A stretch of DNA of 25,436 nucleotides from a virus (taxonomy: Duplodnaviria > Heunggongvirae > Uroviricota > Caudoviricetes): the IMG/VR virus record IMGVR_UViG_3300034105_002625, positions 1 to 25,436 of that record, one strand, 5' to 3'. Made by a program: the position numbers and the translations under genes. Shown in pieces: positions 16,651 to 25,166 of this stretch. The number at the start of each line of letters is the position of its first letter. Position 1 is the stretch's first letter. The notes under the pieces are model-generated. The model was not told the origin of the DNA. It ran no database searches and saw only the letters and a program-made list of their open reading frames with translations.

Positions 16651-17665
16651 TTATTTAGATATACTAAATAAAATCGAACAAAAACCAGACAGAAAACTAA
16701 ACGACCATGTTTTGATTGTAGATAGTATGAATACCTTTATAAGGTCTTTTGCAATGCTACAGTCTATGAATCCACAAGGCCATCACACCGGTGGTCTTGT
16801 TGGTTTTTTAAGGTCATTAGGTTTTCTAAATAGAACAATTGACCCTACTAGAATCATTTGCGTATTTGACGGACAAGCTTCCTCTTCAAGTAGAAAGAAT
16901 ATTGATCCTGAATACAAAGCAAATAGAAATATTAAGAGGATTACCAATTGGGAAATATTCGATGATAAAGATGACGAGTTCCAAAGCATGACAATGCAAA
17001 TGGGACGATTGGTTGAATACTTACAGTGCTTACCTCTAACTCTAATCTCTATTGATAAGATAGAAGCAGATGATACTATATCTTATCTAGCTCAGAAATT
17101 TGCAGCTAATAATAAAAAGGTAACAATTGTTTCTTCTGATAAAGATTTTTTACAGATAGTGGATGAAAATATAGAAGTTTATTCCCCTATCAAGAAAAAA
17201 ACCTACGGAAAAAAAGAGGTACAGGAAGAAATAGGAATGATCCCTGAGAATTATTTAATAATGAAAGCACTATTAGGTGATAACTCAGATAACCTTACAG
17301 GTATAAAAGGATTAGGACCTAAGACACTCATAAAAGAATTCCCAGGACTAGTAAAAGATCCTTTATTTGAATTAAGTGATATTCAGAAAATTTGTAATGA
17401 AAAATTACAGACTAAGAAAATATTCGCACAAATACTGTATGATTGGAATAAAGTAAAAACTAACTATGAATTGATGAATCTTTTAGAGCCAAGGTTGGGA
17501 GATTACGAAATAGTTCATATATTAGATAAGATAAAAGAGCCAATACCTGCTTTACAGGTTGTTACTTTTTTAAAAATGTTAGAGGCAGATCAAATCGAAG
17601 CTCTAAACAAAAACGTTGAAGGATGGTTAGAGATTTTTAGACCGCTTTCAACATATCAAAAATAA
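16643..17665 (+). CDS. 5'-3' exonuclease/flap endonuclease (T4 RNase H / PolI 5' nuclease family)
   Basis: LIVDSMN, CVFDG, YKANR, EADD, SSDKD and ALLGDNSDNLTGIKGLGPKT (helix-3-turn-helix) motifs. Start overlaps the recombinase stop by 8 nt. Confidence 0.93.
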   Translation: MSSYLDILNKIEQKPDRKLNDHVLIVDSMNTFIRSFAMLQSMNPQGHHTGGLVGFLRSLGFLNRTIDPTRIICVFDGQASSSSRKNIDPEYKANRNIKRITNWEIFDDKDDEFQSMTMQMGRLVEYLQCLPLTLISIDKIEADDTISYLAQKFAANNKKVTIVSSDKDFLQIVDENIEVYSPIKKKTYGKKEVQEEIGMIPENYLIMKALLGDNSDNLTGIKGLGPKTLIKEFPGLVKDPLFELSDIQKICNEKLQTKKIFAQILYDWNKVKTNYELMNLLEPRLGDYEIVHILDKIKEPIPALQVVTFLKMLEADQIEALNKNVEGWLEIFRPLSTYQK

Positions 17666-17685
17666 GTTATAATAAAATAAGTTAC

Positions 17686-19038
17686 ATGACATCATTAGCA
17701 AAATTATCTTCCTACGGAAAAGGATTCCAATTAAAAGTATTGGGAGCATTACTAACAGACAAAAAATTCTTGCTTAACACAAGAGATTTACTACAACCAG
17801 ATTATTTTGATTCAGATGCACATAAGTGGATCCTAGAAACTACTATCAAGTATTATGATAAGTATCATACTACAATTTCATTGGAAGCATTGAAAATTGA
17901 ATTACAGAAAGTAGAGAATGATATCTTACAAGTAGCAGTTAAAGCAGAATTAAGAAACTGTTACGAAGCCACTCAAGAGGATCTAGCATACGTTGTAGAA
18001 GAATTTACTACCTTTGCCAAAAACCAAGAACTTAAAGCAGCATTACTAAACTCAGCAGACCTATTAAATCAAGGAGACTTTGATGGAATTAGAGGATTGA
18101 TTGAAAGAGCTATGAGAGCTGGTATGGATAAGAATATGGGTCATGAATATAATAAGGATGTAGAGAGTCGTTATAGAGAAAACTACAGACCAACTATTCC
18201 AACACCTTGGCCGATTATGAATGAAACCATTGGAGGTGGTTGGGGCCCTGGCGATTTAATTATTATGTTTGGTAATCCTGGAGGAGGAAAGTCTTGGACG
18301 ATGGTGGCAGCAGCAGCACATGCAGTACTAATGGGATTCAATGTAAACTTCTATACTCTAGAACTAGGAGAAGATTATGTAGGAAAACGTTTTGACTGTT
18401 ACTTCACAGGACATGGAATTGAAGAAGTAAATAAACATAGAGGAGAGGTTGAGAAGATTGTAGGTAAATTAAAAGGAAAATTAATTGTAAAAGAGTATCC
18501 ACCAAAAGGAGCTTCAATCAATACAATTAAATCTCACATCCAGAAATGTATCGATATGGATCACAAACCAGATATGGTTATTATTGATTATGTCGATTAT
18601 TTAAAAGCACCTTCTAAATCTCGTTTCACAGAGAGAAAAGATGAAATAGATGATGTGTTTATTGGAGCAAAAGGACTAGCTAAGGAACTTCAAATTCCTA
18701 TTCTAACACCATCTCAAGTTAATAGAATGGGTGCTAAGGATTCTGTTATCGAAGGAGATAAAGCAGCAGGTTCTTACGACAAGATGATGGTAGCAGATAT
18801 TTGTTTATCTCTTTCTAGAATGAAAGAAGATAAGGTTTTAGGAACGGGAAGAATTCACGTTATGAAGAACAGATATGGAATGGATGGTATGACCTGGGAT
18901 GCAAAAGTAGATACAAATAATGGTCATATTGAGATTTTAGGAAACATGTTACTAGACGAATCTGGCGACAAACCTAAAGGAAGTTATAAAGAAATAGCTA
19001 ACAAGTTCTTTGAGTTGGAGAGTCAAGTTCCATTCTAA
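17686..19038 (+). CDS. dnaB: Replicative DnaB-like helicase (T4 gp41-like)
   Basis: Walker A GNPGGGKS, YTLEL, VIIDYVD, PSQVNR and VMKNRYG motifs of SF4 helicases. Confidence 0.92.
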   Translation: MTSLAKLSSYGKGFQLKVLGALLTDKKFLLNTRDLLQPDYFDSDAHKWILETTIKYYDKYHTTISLEALKIELQKVENDILQVAVKAELRNCYEATQEDLAYVVEEFTTFAKNQELKAALLNSADLLNQGDFDGIRGLIERAMRAGMDKNMGHEYNKDVESRYRENYRPTIPTPWPIMNETIGGGWGPGDLIIMFGNPGGGKSWTMVAAAAHAVLMGFNVNFYTLELGEDYVGKRFDCYFTGHGIEEVNKHRGEVEKIVGKLKGKLIVKEYPPKGASINTIKSHIQKCIDMDHKPDMVIIDYVDYLKAPSKSRFTERKDEIDDVFIGAKGLAKELQIPILTPSQVNRMGAKDSVIEGDKAAGSYDKMMVADICLSLSRMKEDKVLGTGRIHVMKNRYGMDGMTWDAKVDTNNGHIEILGNMLLDESGDKPKGSYKEIANKFFELESQVPF

Positions 19039-19043
19039 AAGCC

Positions 19044-19051
19044 TATTTATT
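19044..19051 (+). promoter_or_regulatory. TATTTATT variant motif upstream of nrdB
   Basis: Intergenic, 41 nt before the nrdB ATG; one mismatch to TATTTATA. Confidence 0.35.
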
Positions 19052-19092
19052 TCTACAGTCATAATCTATAACGAATATTAAAAAAAGCGAAT

Positions 19093-20070
19093 ATGAGTCT
19101 AAAAGACGAACGCATAGTTTACAAACCATTTGAATACCCACAAGCACACGATTACTGGCTTAAAGCGCACCAAGCGCACTGGTTACATACAGAAGTTCCA
19201 ATGTCACAAGACGTAACAGATTGGAATTCGAACTTAAAACCACACGAAAAAAATGTTATAGGCGGAATCCTAAAAGGATTTGCTCAAACAGAAACAGTTG
19301 TAAACGATTACTGGACATCTTTAGTAACAAAATGGTTTAGAAAACCAGAAGTTATCATGATGGCAGTTACTTTTGGAGCTTTCGAAACAATCCATGCTGA
19401 AGCATATGCTCTACTAAACGAGCAATTAGGATTAGATAATTTTGCAGAATTCTTAGAAGACGAATCAACAGCAGCTAAAATTCAATCTTTACTGGATGTT
19501 AGAGACGGAAATGCAGGAGAAACAGATTGGCATGAAGCAGCTAGATCTCTAGCAATATTCTCAGCATTTACCGAAGGAGTAAATCTATTCTCTTCTTTTG
19601 CGGTACTATTATCATTTAAGATGAGAAATAAGTTAAAAGGAGTAGGTCAAATAGTTGAATGGTCTGTAAGAGATGAATCACTTCACTCAGAAGCAGGATG
19701 TTGGTTATTTAGAACTTTAATGGAAGAATATCCAGAACTAAAAACAGAAAAACTTATCAACGATATTAGAGAAGCAGCAACACTTGCTCTTCAACTAGAA
19801 TTTAACTTTATCGATAAGATATTTGAAATGGGAGATTTAGAGAATTTATCTAAAAACGAACTAAAAAACTTTATTAAACACAGAGTAAATACTAAGATGG
19901 GAGATTTAGGATTAAAACCTTTAATACCTTCAGATCAAATCGATAAAGGAGCTTTAAAACAAATGTTATGGTTTGATGCAGTAGTAGCAGGTAAACAACA
20001 TACAGATTTTTTCGCATCAAGAGTAACGAATTATGCCAAAGGGCATATGGATTGGGACAACGCATTTTAA
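19093..20070 (+). CDS. nrdB: Class I ribonucleotide reductase beta subunit
   Basis: Ferritin-like metal ligands E67 (FAQTE), E98-x-x-H101 with Tyr105, FTEG and RDESLH; C-terminal DFF...VTNY. Confidence 0.96.
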   Translation: MSLKDERIVYKPFEYPQAHDYWLKAHQAHWLHTEVPMSQDVTDWNSNLKPHEKNVIGGILKGFAQTETVVNDYWTSLVTKWFRKPEVIMMAVTFGAFETIHAEAYALLNEQLGLDNFAEFLEDESTAAKIQSLLDVRDGNAGETDWHEAARSLAIFSAFTEGVNLFSSFAVLLSFKMRNKLKGVGQIVEWSVRDESLHSEAGCWLFRTLMEEYPELKTEKLINDIREAATLALQLEFNFIDKIFEMGDLENLSKNELKNFIKHRVNTKMGDLGLKPLIPSDQIDKGALKQMLWFDAVVAGKQHTDFFASRVTNYAKGHMDWDNAF

Positions 20071-20079
20071 TTTAATTTT

Positions 20080-21789
20080 ATGGGAGTAGATTACAGTGCC
20101 TGGAAACCAGGCGTAGATTATCCGGAATGGATGAATGAAGTATCTTTGGCAACAATTTCAAACGGATATTTACTTCCGGATGAAAATCCAAAGAAGGCTT
20201 ATAGAAGAGTTGCTGATGCAGTAGCTAAAAGATTAGATCGTCCTGATCTAGCAAACAAGTTTTTTAAATACATGTGGAAGGGTTGGCTAAACCTAGCTTC
20301 ACCTGTACTCTCAAACACTGGAACTGACAAAGGACTTCCAATCTCATGTTTCGGTATAGATACTCCTGATTCAATCAGAGGTATTGGATTAACCAATGCA
20401 GAACTGATGAGACTTACCTCTTTAGGAGGAGGAGTAGGAATTGGACTAGGAAGAGTTAGAGGAAGAGGAAAAAAGATTGCCAATGGCGATACAGGTAACT
20501 CAGAAGGAATTATACCTTGGGCTAAGATCTATGATTCAACTATCATTGCTACAAATCAAGGATCAGTTCGTAGAGGAGCAGCTTCTGTAAATCTAGACAT
20601 CAATCATATTGATATAAAAGAGTTCTTACGTATTAGAAGACCACAAGGAGATCCAAACCGTCAGTGTTTAAATTTACACCAATGTGTTTCTATCGATGAT
20701 AAGTTCATGAAGAGATTAGAGCATAGAGATCCTGAAGCAATGGAACTATGGGTTGAGATTCTTAAATCAAGAGTTGAGACAGGAGAGCCTTACATTATGT
20801 TTAAGGATAATGTTAATAACGCTAATCCACCTGCATACGTTAAAAATAACTTAGATGTTACAATGACTAACATATGTTCGGAGATTGCTTTACATACTGA
20901 CGAAGAGCATTCATTTGTATGTTGTTTATCTTCTTTAAATATTACAAAATACGAAGAGTGGAAAGATACTGATTTAGTTGAAACGGCAATTTATTTCTTA
21001 GATGGAGTATTAGAAGAGTTCTTAGTTAAGACAAATGGTAAAGATTCTTTAATTAGAGCACACCGTTCTGCTAAGAAAGGAAGAGCATTAGGATTAGGAG
21101 TTTTAGGATGGCATTCATTCTTACAATCAAAAGGATTACCTTTTAATTCAATCGCATCTACTTCTTGGACAAATAGAATATTTGCACAGATTAAAACACA
21201 AGCAGAAGCAGCTTCTAGAAAATTAGCTGAAGAGTATGGTGAACCAATCTGGTGTAAAGGAACAGGAATGAGAAATACGCATTTAATTGCTATTGCTCCA
21301 ACAGTTTCTAATTCAACAATCTCAGGAGGAGTATCAGCAGGTATTGAACCAATTCCAGCAAACGTTTATACTTTCAATTCATCTAAAGGAACTTTCATTA
21401 GAAAGAATCCAGTATTAGAAAAATACTTAGAAGACAAAGGACACAATACAGAAGAGGTATGGCAGCAAATTTTAAAGGATAGAGGATCAATTGCAAATCT
21501 ACCTGAAGACATTATGCCGTTTGATGATAAAGAAGTATTCTTAACATTTGCAGAAATAAACCAATTGGCTTTAGTAGAACAAGCTTCGGTAAGACAGAAG
21601 TATGTTGACCAGGCTCAATCACTAAACTTAGCATTCGATCCGGGAGATAGTCCTAAATTTATAAACCTTGTTCACCAGACAGCTTGGAAACTTGGATTAA
21701 AAACGTTATATTATTTAAGAACCGATTCTGTCATAAATGGGGATATCGGGAGTAGAACTTCTGAAGACTGTTTAAGCTGTGATGGATAA
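20080..21789 (+). CDS. nrdA: Class I ribonucleotide reductase alpha subunit, no ATP-cone apparent
   Basis: GLPISCF, GGGVG, TNICSEI (N-x-C-x-E), CCLSSLN, IAPT, KTLYYLR and C-terminal CLSCDG. At 569 aa there is no room for an N-terminal ATP-cone. Confidence 0.97.
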   Translation: MGVDYSAWKPGVDYPEWMNEVSLATISNGYLLPDENPKKAYRRVADAVAKRLDRPDLANKFFKYMWKGWLNLASPVLSNTGTDKGLPISCFGIDTPDSIRGIGLTNAELMRLTSLGGGVGIGLGRVRGRGKKIANGDTGNSEGIIPWAKIYDSTIIATNQGSVRRGAASVNLDINHIDIKEFLRIRRPQGDPNRQCLNLHQCVSIDDKFMKRLEHRDPEAMELWVEILKSRVETGEPYIMFKDNVNNANPPAYVKNNLDVTMTNICSEIALHTDEEHSFVCCLSSLNITKYEEWKDTDLVETAIYFLDGVLEEFLVKTNGKDSLIRAHRSAKKGRALGLGVLGWHSFLQSKGLPFNSIASTSWTNRIFAQIKTQAEAASRKLAEEYGEPIWCKGTGMRNTHLIAIAPTVSNSTISGGVSAGIEPIPANVYTFNSSKGTFIRKNPVLEKYLEDKGHNTEEVWQQILKDRGSIANLPEDIMPFDDKEVFLTFAEINQLALVEQASVRQKYVDQAQSLNLAFDPGDSPKFINLVHQTAWKLGLKTLYYLRTDSVINGDIGSRTSEDCLSCDG

Positions 21790-21800
21790 AAAATAAAAAT

Positions 21801-22250
21801 ATGGTATACTTTATAGTAGTAGTACTTCTAGTAATTGGAGCACTAGTTTATATTACAAACATAGCAAAAGCTGAAGTAAAAAGATTAGAACAGGTTATAG
21901 TTGAAAAAGAACTAGAACTGGTTGAAGAGATTAAGAAAGCAAGGAAAGATTCAACATTTAGATCCTCAGCAGTTAACTGGGGTAAGACAATTGAACACTT
22001 TGTTCCTTTCATGACTAAGTTTCCAGTACCACCTGAAGATGTAGTCTTTTTAGGAATGCCAATTGATTATGTAGGATTTACTAATACAGATAGCAAAACT
22101 AAATGTGAGGTACATTTCATTGAAGTAAAATCAGGAAATGCATTCTTAATGGGTAAGCAGAAAAACATTAAGCAAGCAATTCTAGACGGAAGAGTTCACT
22201 GGCATGAAATTGCAGTAGACGGTAACAGAGCAGAGATCACAGAAGAATAG
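21801..22250 (+). CDS. Membrane-anchored PD-(D/E)XK endonuclease related to archaeal Holliday junction resolvase (Endonuc_Holl-like)
   Basis: N-terminal hydrophobic helix (YFIVVVLLVIGALVYI), a coiled segment, then GKTIEHFVPF...FLGMPIDYVGF...FIEVKSG. Confidence 0.8.
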   Translation: MVYFIVVVLLVIGALVYITNIAKAEVKRLEQVIVEKELELVEEIKKARKDSTFRSSAVNWGKTIEHFVPFMTKFPVPPEDVVFLGMPIDYVGFTNTDSKTKCEVHFIEVKSGNAFLMGKQKNIKQAILDGRVHWHEIAVDGNRAEITEE

Positions 22251-22251
22251 C

Positions 22252-22259
22252 TATTTATA
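22252..22259 (+). promoter_or_regulatory. TATTTATA motif upstream of the secreted-protein operon
   Basis: Exact copy 4 nt before the ATG at 22264. Confidence 0.5.
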
Positions 22260-22263
22260 TGAA

Positions 22264-23262
22264 ATGAATATACTAGCCAAAATAGTAAAATTGTTATACC
22301 CTCTACTAATACTAGGGGGTATTTTATCTACACAGAGTCAAACCTTTACGCACTCAGGATATATCTATGGTTCAAATGCAGTAGGCATATCTGGTATACC
22401 AGTTTACCTGTATAAAAGAACAACACCAACATTAACAGGATTTACATCTCAGAATAACTACAACGGTCATTCCTACTATAGGTCAACAGGTTCTATGACC
22501 TGGACTGCTGCAAGACAGGCTTGTTTAAATATGGGAGGACATTTAGTAACTGTAACAACAGCAGCTGAAAATACTTTTATATTTAACCTATGGCCTAATG
22601 GATGGATTGGATTAACAGATGAAGCAGTAGAAGGGCAATGGAGATGGGTAACTGGGGAAACCTTTTCTTGGGCTAATTGGAATGGAGGTGAACCTAATAA
22701 TTCCAATAATGAAGACTATATACAATTTGTAGGAGGAGGGAAGTGGAATGATTTACCAAATACATCACTTCCTTATGTATTGGAATTTGAGTATATAGTA
22801 GACTATACACCTTGGACTTTATTAACAACTTCAACAACAGATGCTTCGGGTAGATATTCTTTCTCTACATCAACAAACCCCTCAATAGAATACTACATTA
22901 CTTTTACTCCACCCTCCTTACCATCTTTAATTAACCTAGATGCTCAAACCTCTAATACCTTAGTAACAAATCCTCTTCTAATGAGAAGTAAAGATTTCTA
23001 TAGATTTGATGTTAATAGTGATGGAAAAGTAACCATATCAGACACCTACTTAATATATGCTAAAAAGAATGGATTATTTACATCATTCCCTGCCTCACCG
23101 CCGGATAGTAGAATATTCACCACAACACAATGGAGTACATTTAGTAACAGTACAGTAAATCAAAAGATAGCATATCCTGGAGTACAGTCTATAACAATCA
23201 ATACACCAACCTCAGGAGGAGCATCTTCATTCTATATTACAAGAGTGGGGTACACTAACTAA
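22264..23262 (+). CDS. Secreted protein: Sec signal peptide, SdrD-B/CnaB-like beta-sandwich with inserted C-type lectin domain, dockerin-like C-terminus
   Basis: Signal peptide ending STQS|Q26. Lectin at about 22441-22791 with TW..A...C...GGHL, WIGL, W.W, NW..GEPN and WND motifs. DVNSDGKVTISD Ca-binding loop at 23008-23043. Confidence 0.85.
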   Translation: MNILAKIVKLLYPLLILGGILSTQSQTFTHSGYIYGSNAVGISGIPVYLYKRTTPTLTGFTSQNNYNGHSYYRSTGSMTWTAARQACLNMGGHLVTVTTAAENTFIFNLWPNGWIGLTDEAVEGQWRWVTGETFSWANWNGGEPNNSNNEDYIQFVGGGKWNDLPNTSLPYVLEFEYIVDYTPWTLLTTSTTDASGRYSFSTSTNPSIEYYITFTPPSLPSLINLDAQTSNTLVTNPLLMRSKDFYRFDVNSDGKVTISDTYLIYAKKNGLFTSFPASPPDSRIFTTTQWSTFSNSTVNQKIAYPGVQSITINTPTSGGASSFYITRVGYTN

Positions 23263-23272
23263 AAACTTACAA

Positions 23273-23280
23273 TATTTATT
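23273..23280 (+). promoter_or_regulatory. TATTTATT variant motif upstream of the cohesin-dockerin gene
   Basis: Intergenic, 58 nt before the ATG at 23339; same TATTTATTAT extension as at 554. Confidence 0.4.
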
Positions 23281-23338
23281 ATAGACAAAGTGCAAGAGCA
23301 CCAGGTTTTATTAAAAAAAATAACTTAAAAAAAAAGAA

Positions 23339-24430
23339 ATGAAGAAATTACTTTTAATGTTAAGTTTAGTTTTAGTAACACTTACTGGGTATTCACAAAC
23401 TATTGCACCAGATGCTACTAAACCTTACTTAATTTTTGATCAAGCCTACAACCTACAACCAGTTGGGGCAGCAACACCAACATCTGTTGCAATCTACTAC
23501 GATAATGCAGGATCTACTGCCATTAAAGCAGTACAGTTTAGATTATGGTACGACAAGACCGTATTTGATTCACCTACCGTAACTTACGTAGGATCAGAAA
23601 TAAACAACTATTTCCAAACTCTAGTAAACACAACAGAAGGTAGCGTAACAGTTACATGGGTTTATACAGGAGCAAATGCTTCATTCGACTTAACTGATGG
23701 GCAAATGTTTAATGTAGCTCTTCCTTTTAAAGCATCTTACACAAATGGTGCAGTAGCATCAATGGCTTTTACAGGAGCAACAGCTTATCCATCTTATGGA
23801 ACTTTAGCCAATGGAACTGATACAGTATTAGGATTACAAAACTATGGTGGAGCATTTACAGAACCAGTATTTAACTATGCAGCTACATTCCTAAACGACC
23901 CAACCAATCCTGCAACAGACGTACCAGTTATCTTACAGAAATCTTCAAACGGAACAGTTTGGACTGATGTAATGACTGTACCAACTCTAGCAACAGGAGT
24001 AGCAGCATTTACAACAAACCTAGATCAGACATACTGGCAAATTAGAGTAAAAGTAGCACCAGGCTTAACAGCACCAGCTGCTTTATCTACAGCAGATTCT
24101 AATATGATTGCTCAAATGGCTACAGGAATTCAAACACCAACAGGTACTCAATTCTATACAGCTAACCCTAATCAAGCAAACAATATAACAATCTCGGATT
24201 CATATACAGTATTCTCTAGATTAGCTCAAGGTAATTCAACTTACCCAAACAATCCAGATGTATTATTCTTTACAGAAGCTCAATATACTTCAATAGCAGC
24301 ATCTGCTACAAGTTTAGAGGCTACAATCCCAGGTCAAGTAACATTCCTATCAGCTAACATCAATAACACAGTTGCTGCTAATTACTATTTACTGGTACTA
24401 GGAGATGTAAACGGAACAGGACGTAACTAA
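23339..24430 (+). CDS. Secreted protein: Sec signal peptide, cohesin-like domain, beta-sandwich, dockerin-like C-terminus
   Basis: Signal peptide MKKLLL...TGYS|Q20. Cohesin-like IKAVQFRLWYDKTVF...GSVTVTW...MFNVALPF. C-terminal TISDSY and LGDVNG. Confidence 0.75.
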   Translation: MKKLLLMLSLVLVTLTGYSQTIAPDATKPYLIFDQAYNLQPVGAATPTSVAIYYDNAGSTAIKAVQFRLWYDKTVFDSPTVTYVGSEINNYFQTLVNTTEGSVTVTWVYTGANASFDLTDGQMFNVALPFKASYTNGAVASMAFTGATAYPSYGTLANGTDTVLGLQNYGGAFTEPVFNYAATFLNDPTNPATDVPVILQKSSNGTVWTDVMTVPTLATGVAAFTTNLDQTYWQIRVKVAPGLTAPAALSTADSNMIAQMATGIQTPTGTQFYTANPNQANNITISDSYTVFSRLAQGNSTYPNNPDVLFFTEAQYTSIAASATSLEATIPGQVTFLSANINNTVAANYYLLVLGDVNGTGRN

Positions 24431-24431
24431 T

Positions 24432-25163
24432 ATGATACGTTGGATAGTAATATTATTTATATCCATAAACTCACTCTACTCCCAGGTACAATTTCAAGTG
24501 CCTGGGATTACTGTGTTACCTACTCAGACTATTGAACTACCTGTAACTGTTTTAACAAATGGAAATACAGTAGGTAGTTTAGAATTTGCTTTAAACTATG
24601 ATCAAAGCATACTACAATTCTCAGAGATAGTACTATCGGAACAAGCACAAACCTGGGTATCATATACAATGGATGCAGGTAATGGAAAAGTAAGATGGGG
24701 TGGTTATGATAAATCCCACGGAGGACATTCTATAACTACACCTTCAGAATTATTTATACTTAAGTTTATAGTACTAAATCCAAACTGGATTATAACTCCA
24801 ATCACGGTTGGAAGAAAAACAGCAGGAGATGTACAGGGATGGGATATAGCAGTAACAAATACTAATGGGTATATCAATTATAATAGAACTGCAATACCTA
24901 TCGATGAAACAAAAATAAACGGTATAGTACATCCAAATCCAACAGATGGACTTGTAACAGTAGATTTAATACTACCAACAAGTGATTACTATAGAGTATC
25001 AGTAGTAAACATGTCAGGTACAGAGTTAAGAAGGAGAGTTGAACATTATATAAAAGGAGCCAATATAACAGAAGAAGATCTTAGTTCTTACTCAAGTGGC
25101 ACCTATTTATTAAATATAACCAGTAAGAACTTTACTAAAACATTTAAAATAATTAAAAAATAA
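24432..25163 (+). CDS. Secreted protein: Sec signal peptide, cohesin-like domain, type IX secretion (Por) C-terminal sorting domain
   Basis: Signal peptide ending SLYS|Q18. Cohesin-like TIELPVTV...VGSLEFALNYDQSILQF...GKVRWGG...LFILKF. Final ~80 aa (HPNPT...DLSSYSSGTYLLNI...TFKIIKK-stop) match the type A T9SS CTD pattern. Confidence 0.88.
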   Translation: MIRWIVILFISINSLYSQVQFQVPGITVLPTQTIELPVTVLTNGNTVGSLEFALNYDQSILQFSEIVLSEQAQTWVSYTMDAGNGKVRWGGYDKSHGGHSITTPSELFILKFIVLNPNWIITPITVGRKTAGDVQGWDIAVTNTNGYINYNRTAIPIDETKINGIVHPNPTDGLVTVDLILPTSDYYRVSVVNMSGTELRRRVEHYIKGANITEEDLSSYSSGTYLLNITSKNFTKTFKIIKK

Positions 25164-25166
25164 ATC

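Noticed and set aside
17645-17673. Promoter upstream of the helicase (TATAAT at 17668-17673)
   Set aside because: No TTG-type -35 at 17-nt spacing and no TTCW extension; may be chance in AT-rich sequence.
12849-21789. Inteins, introns or homing endonucleases in polymerase, recombinase, helicase or nrdAB
   Set aside because: These are usual insertion hotspots, but the proteins are of normal or short length with contiguous motifs and no HNH, GIY-YIG, LAGLIDADG or splice-junction signatures.
22441-23262. Diversity-generating retroelement targeting the C-type lectin
   Set aside because: No template/variable repeat pair and no reverse transcriptase seen in the window. The lectin is internal and of the EPN/WND type rather than a C-terminal Mtd-like variable region. 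Components elsewhere in the genome cannot be excluded.
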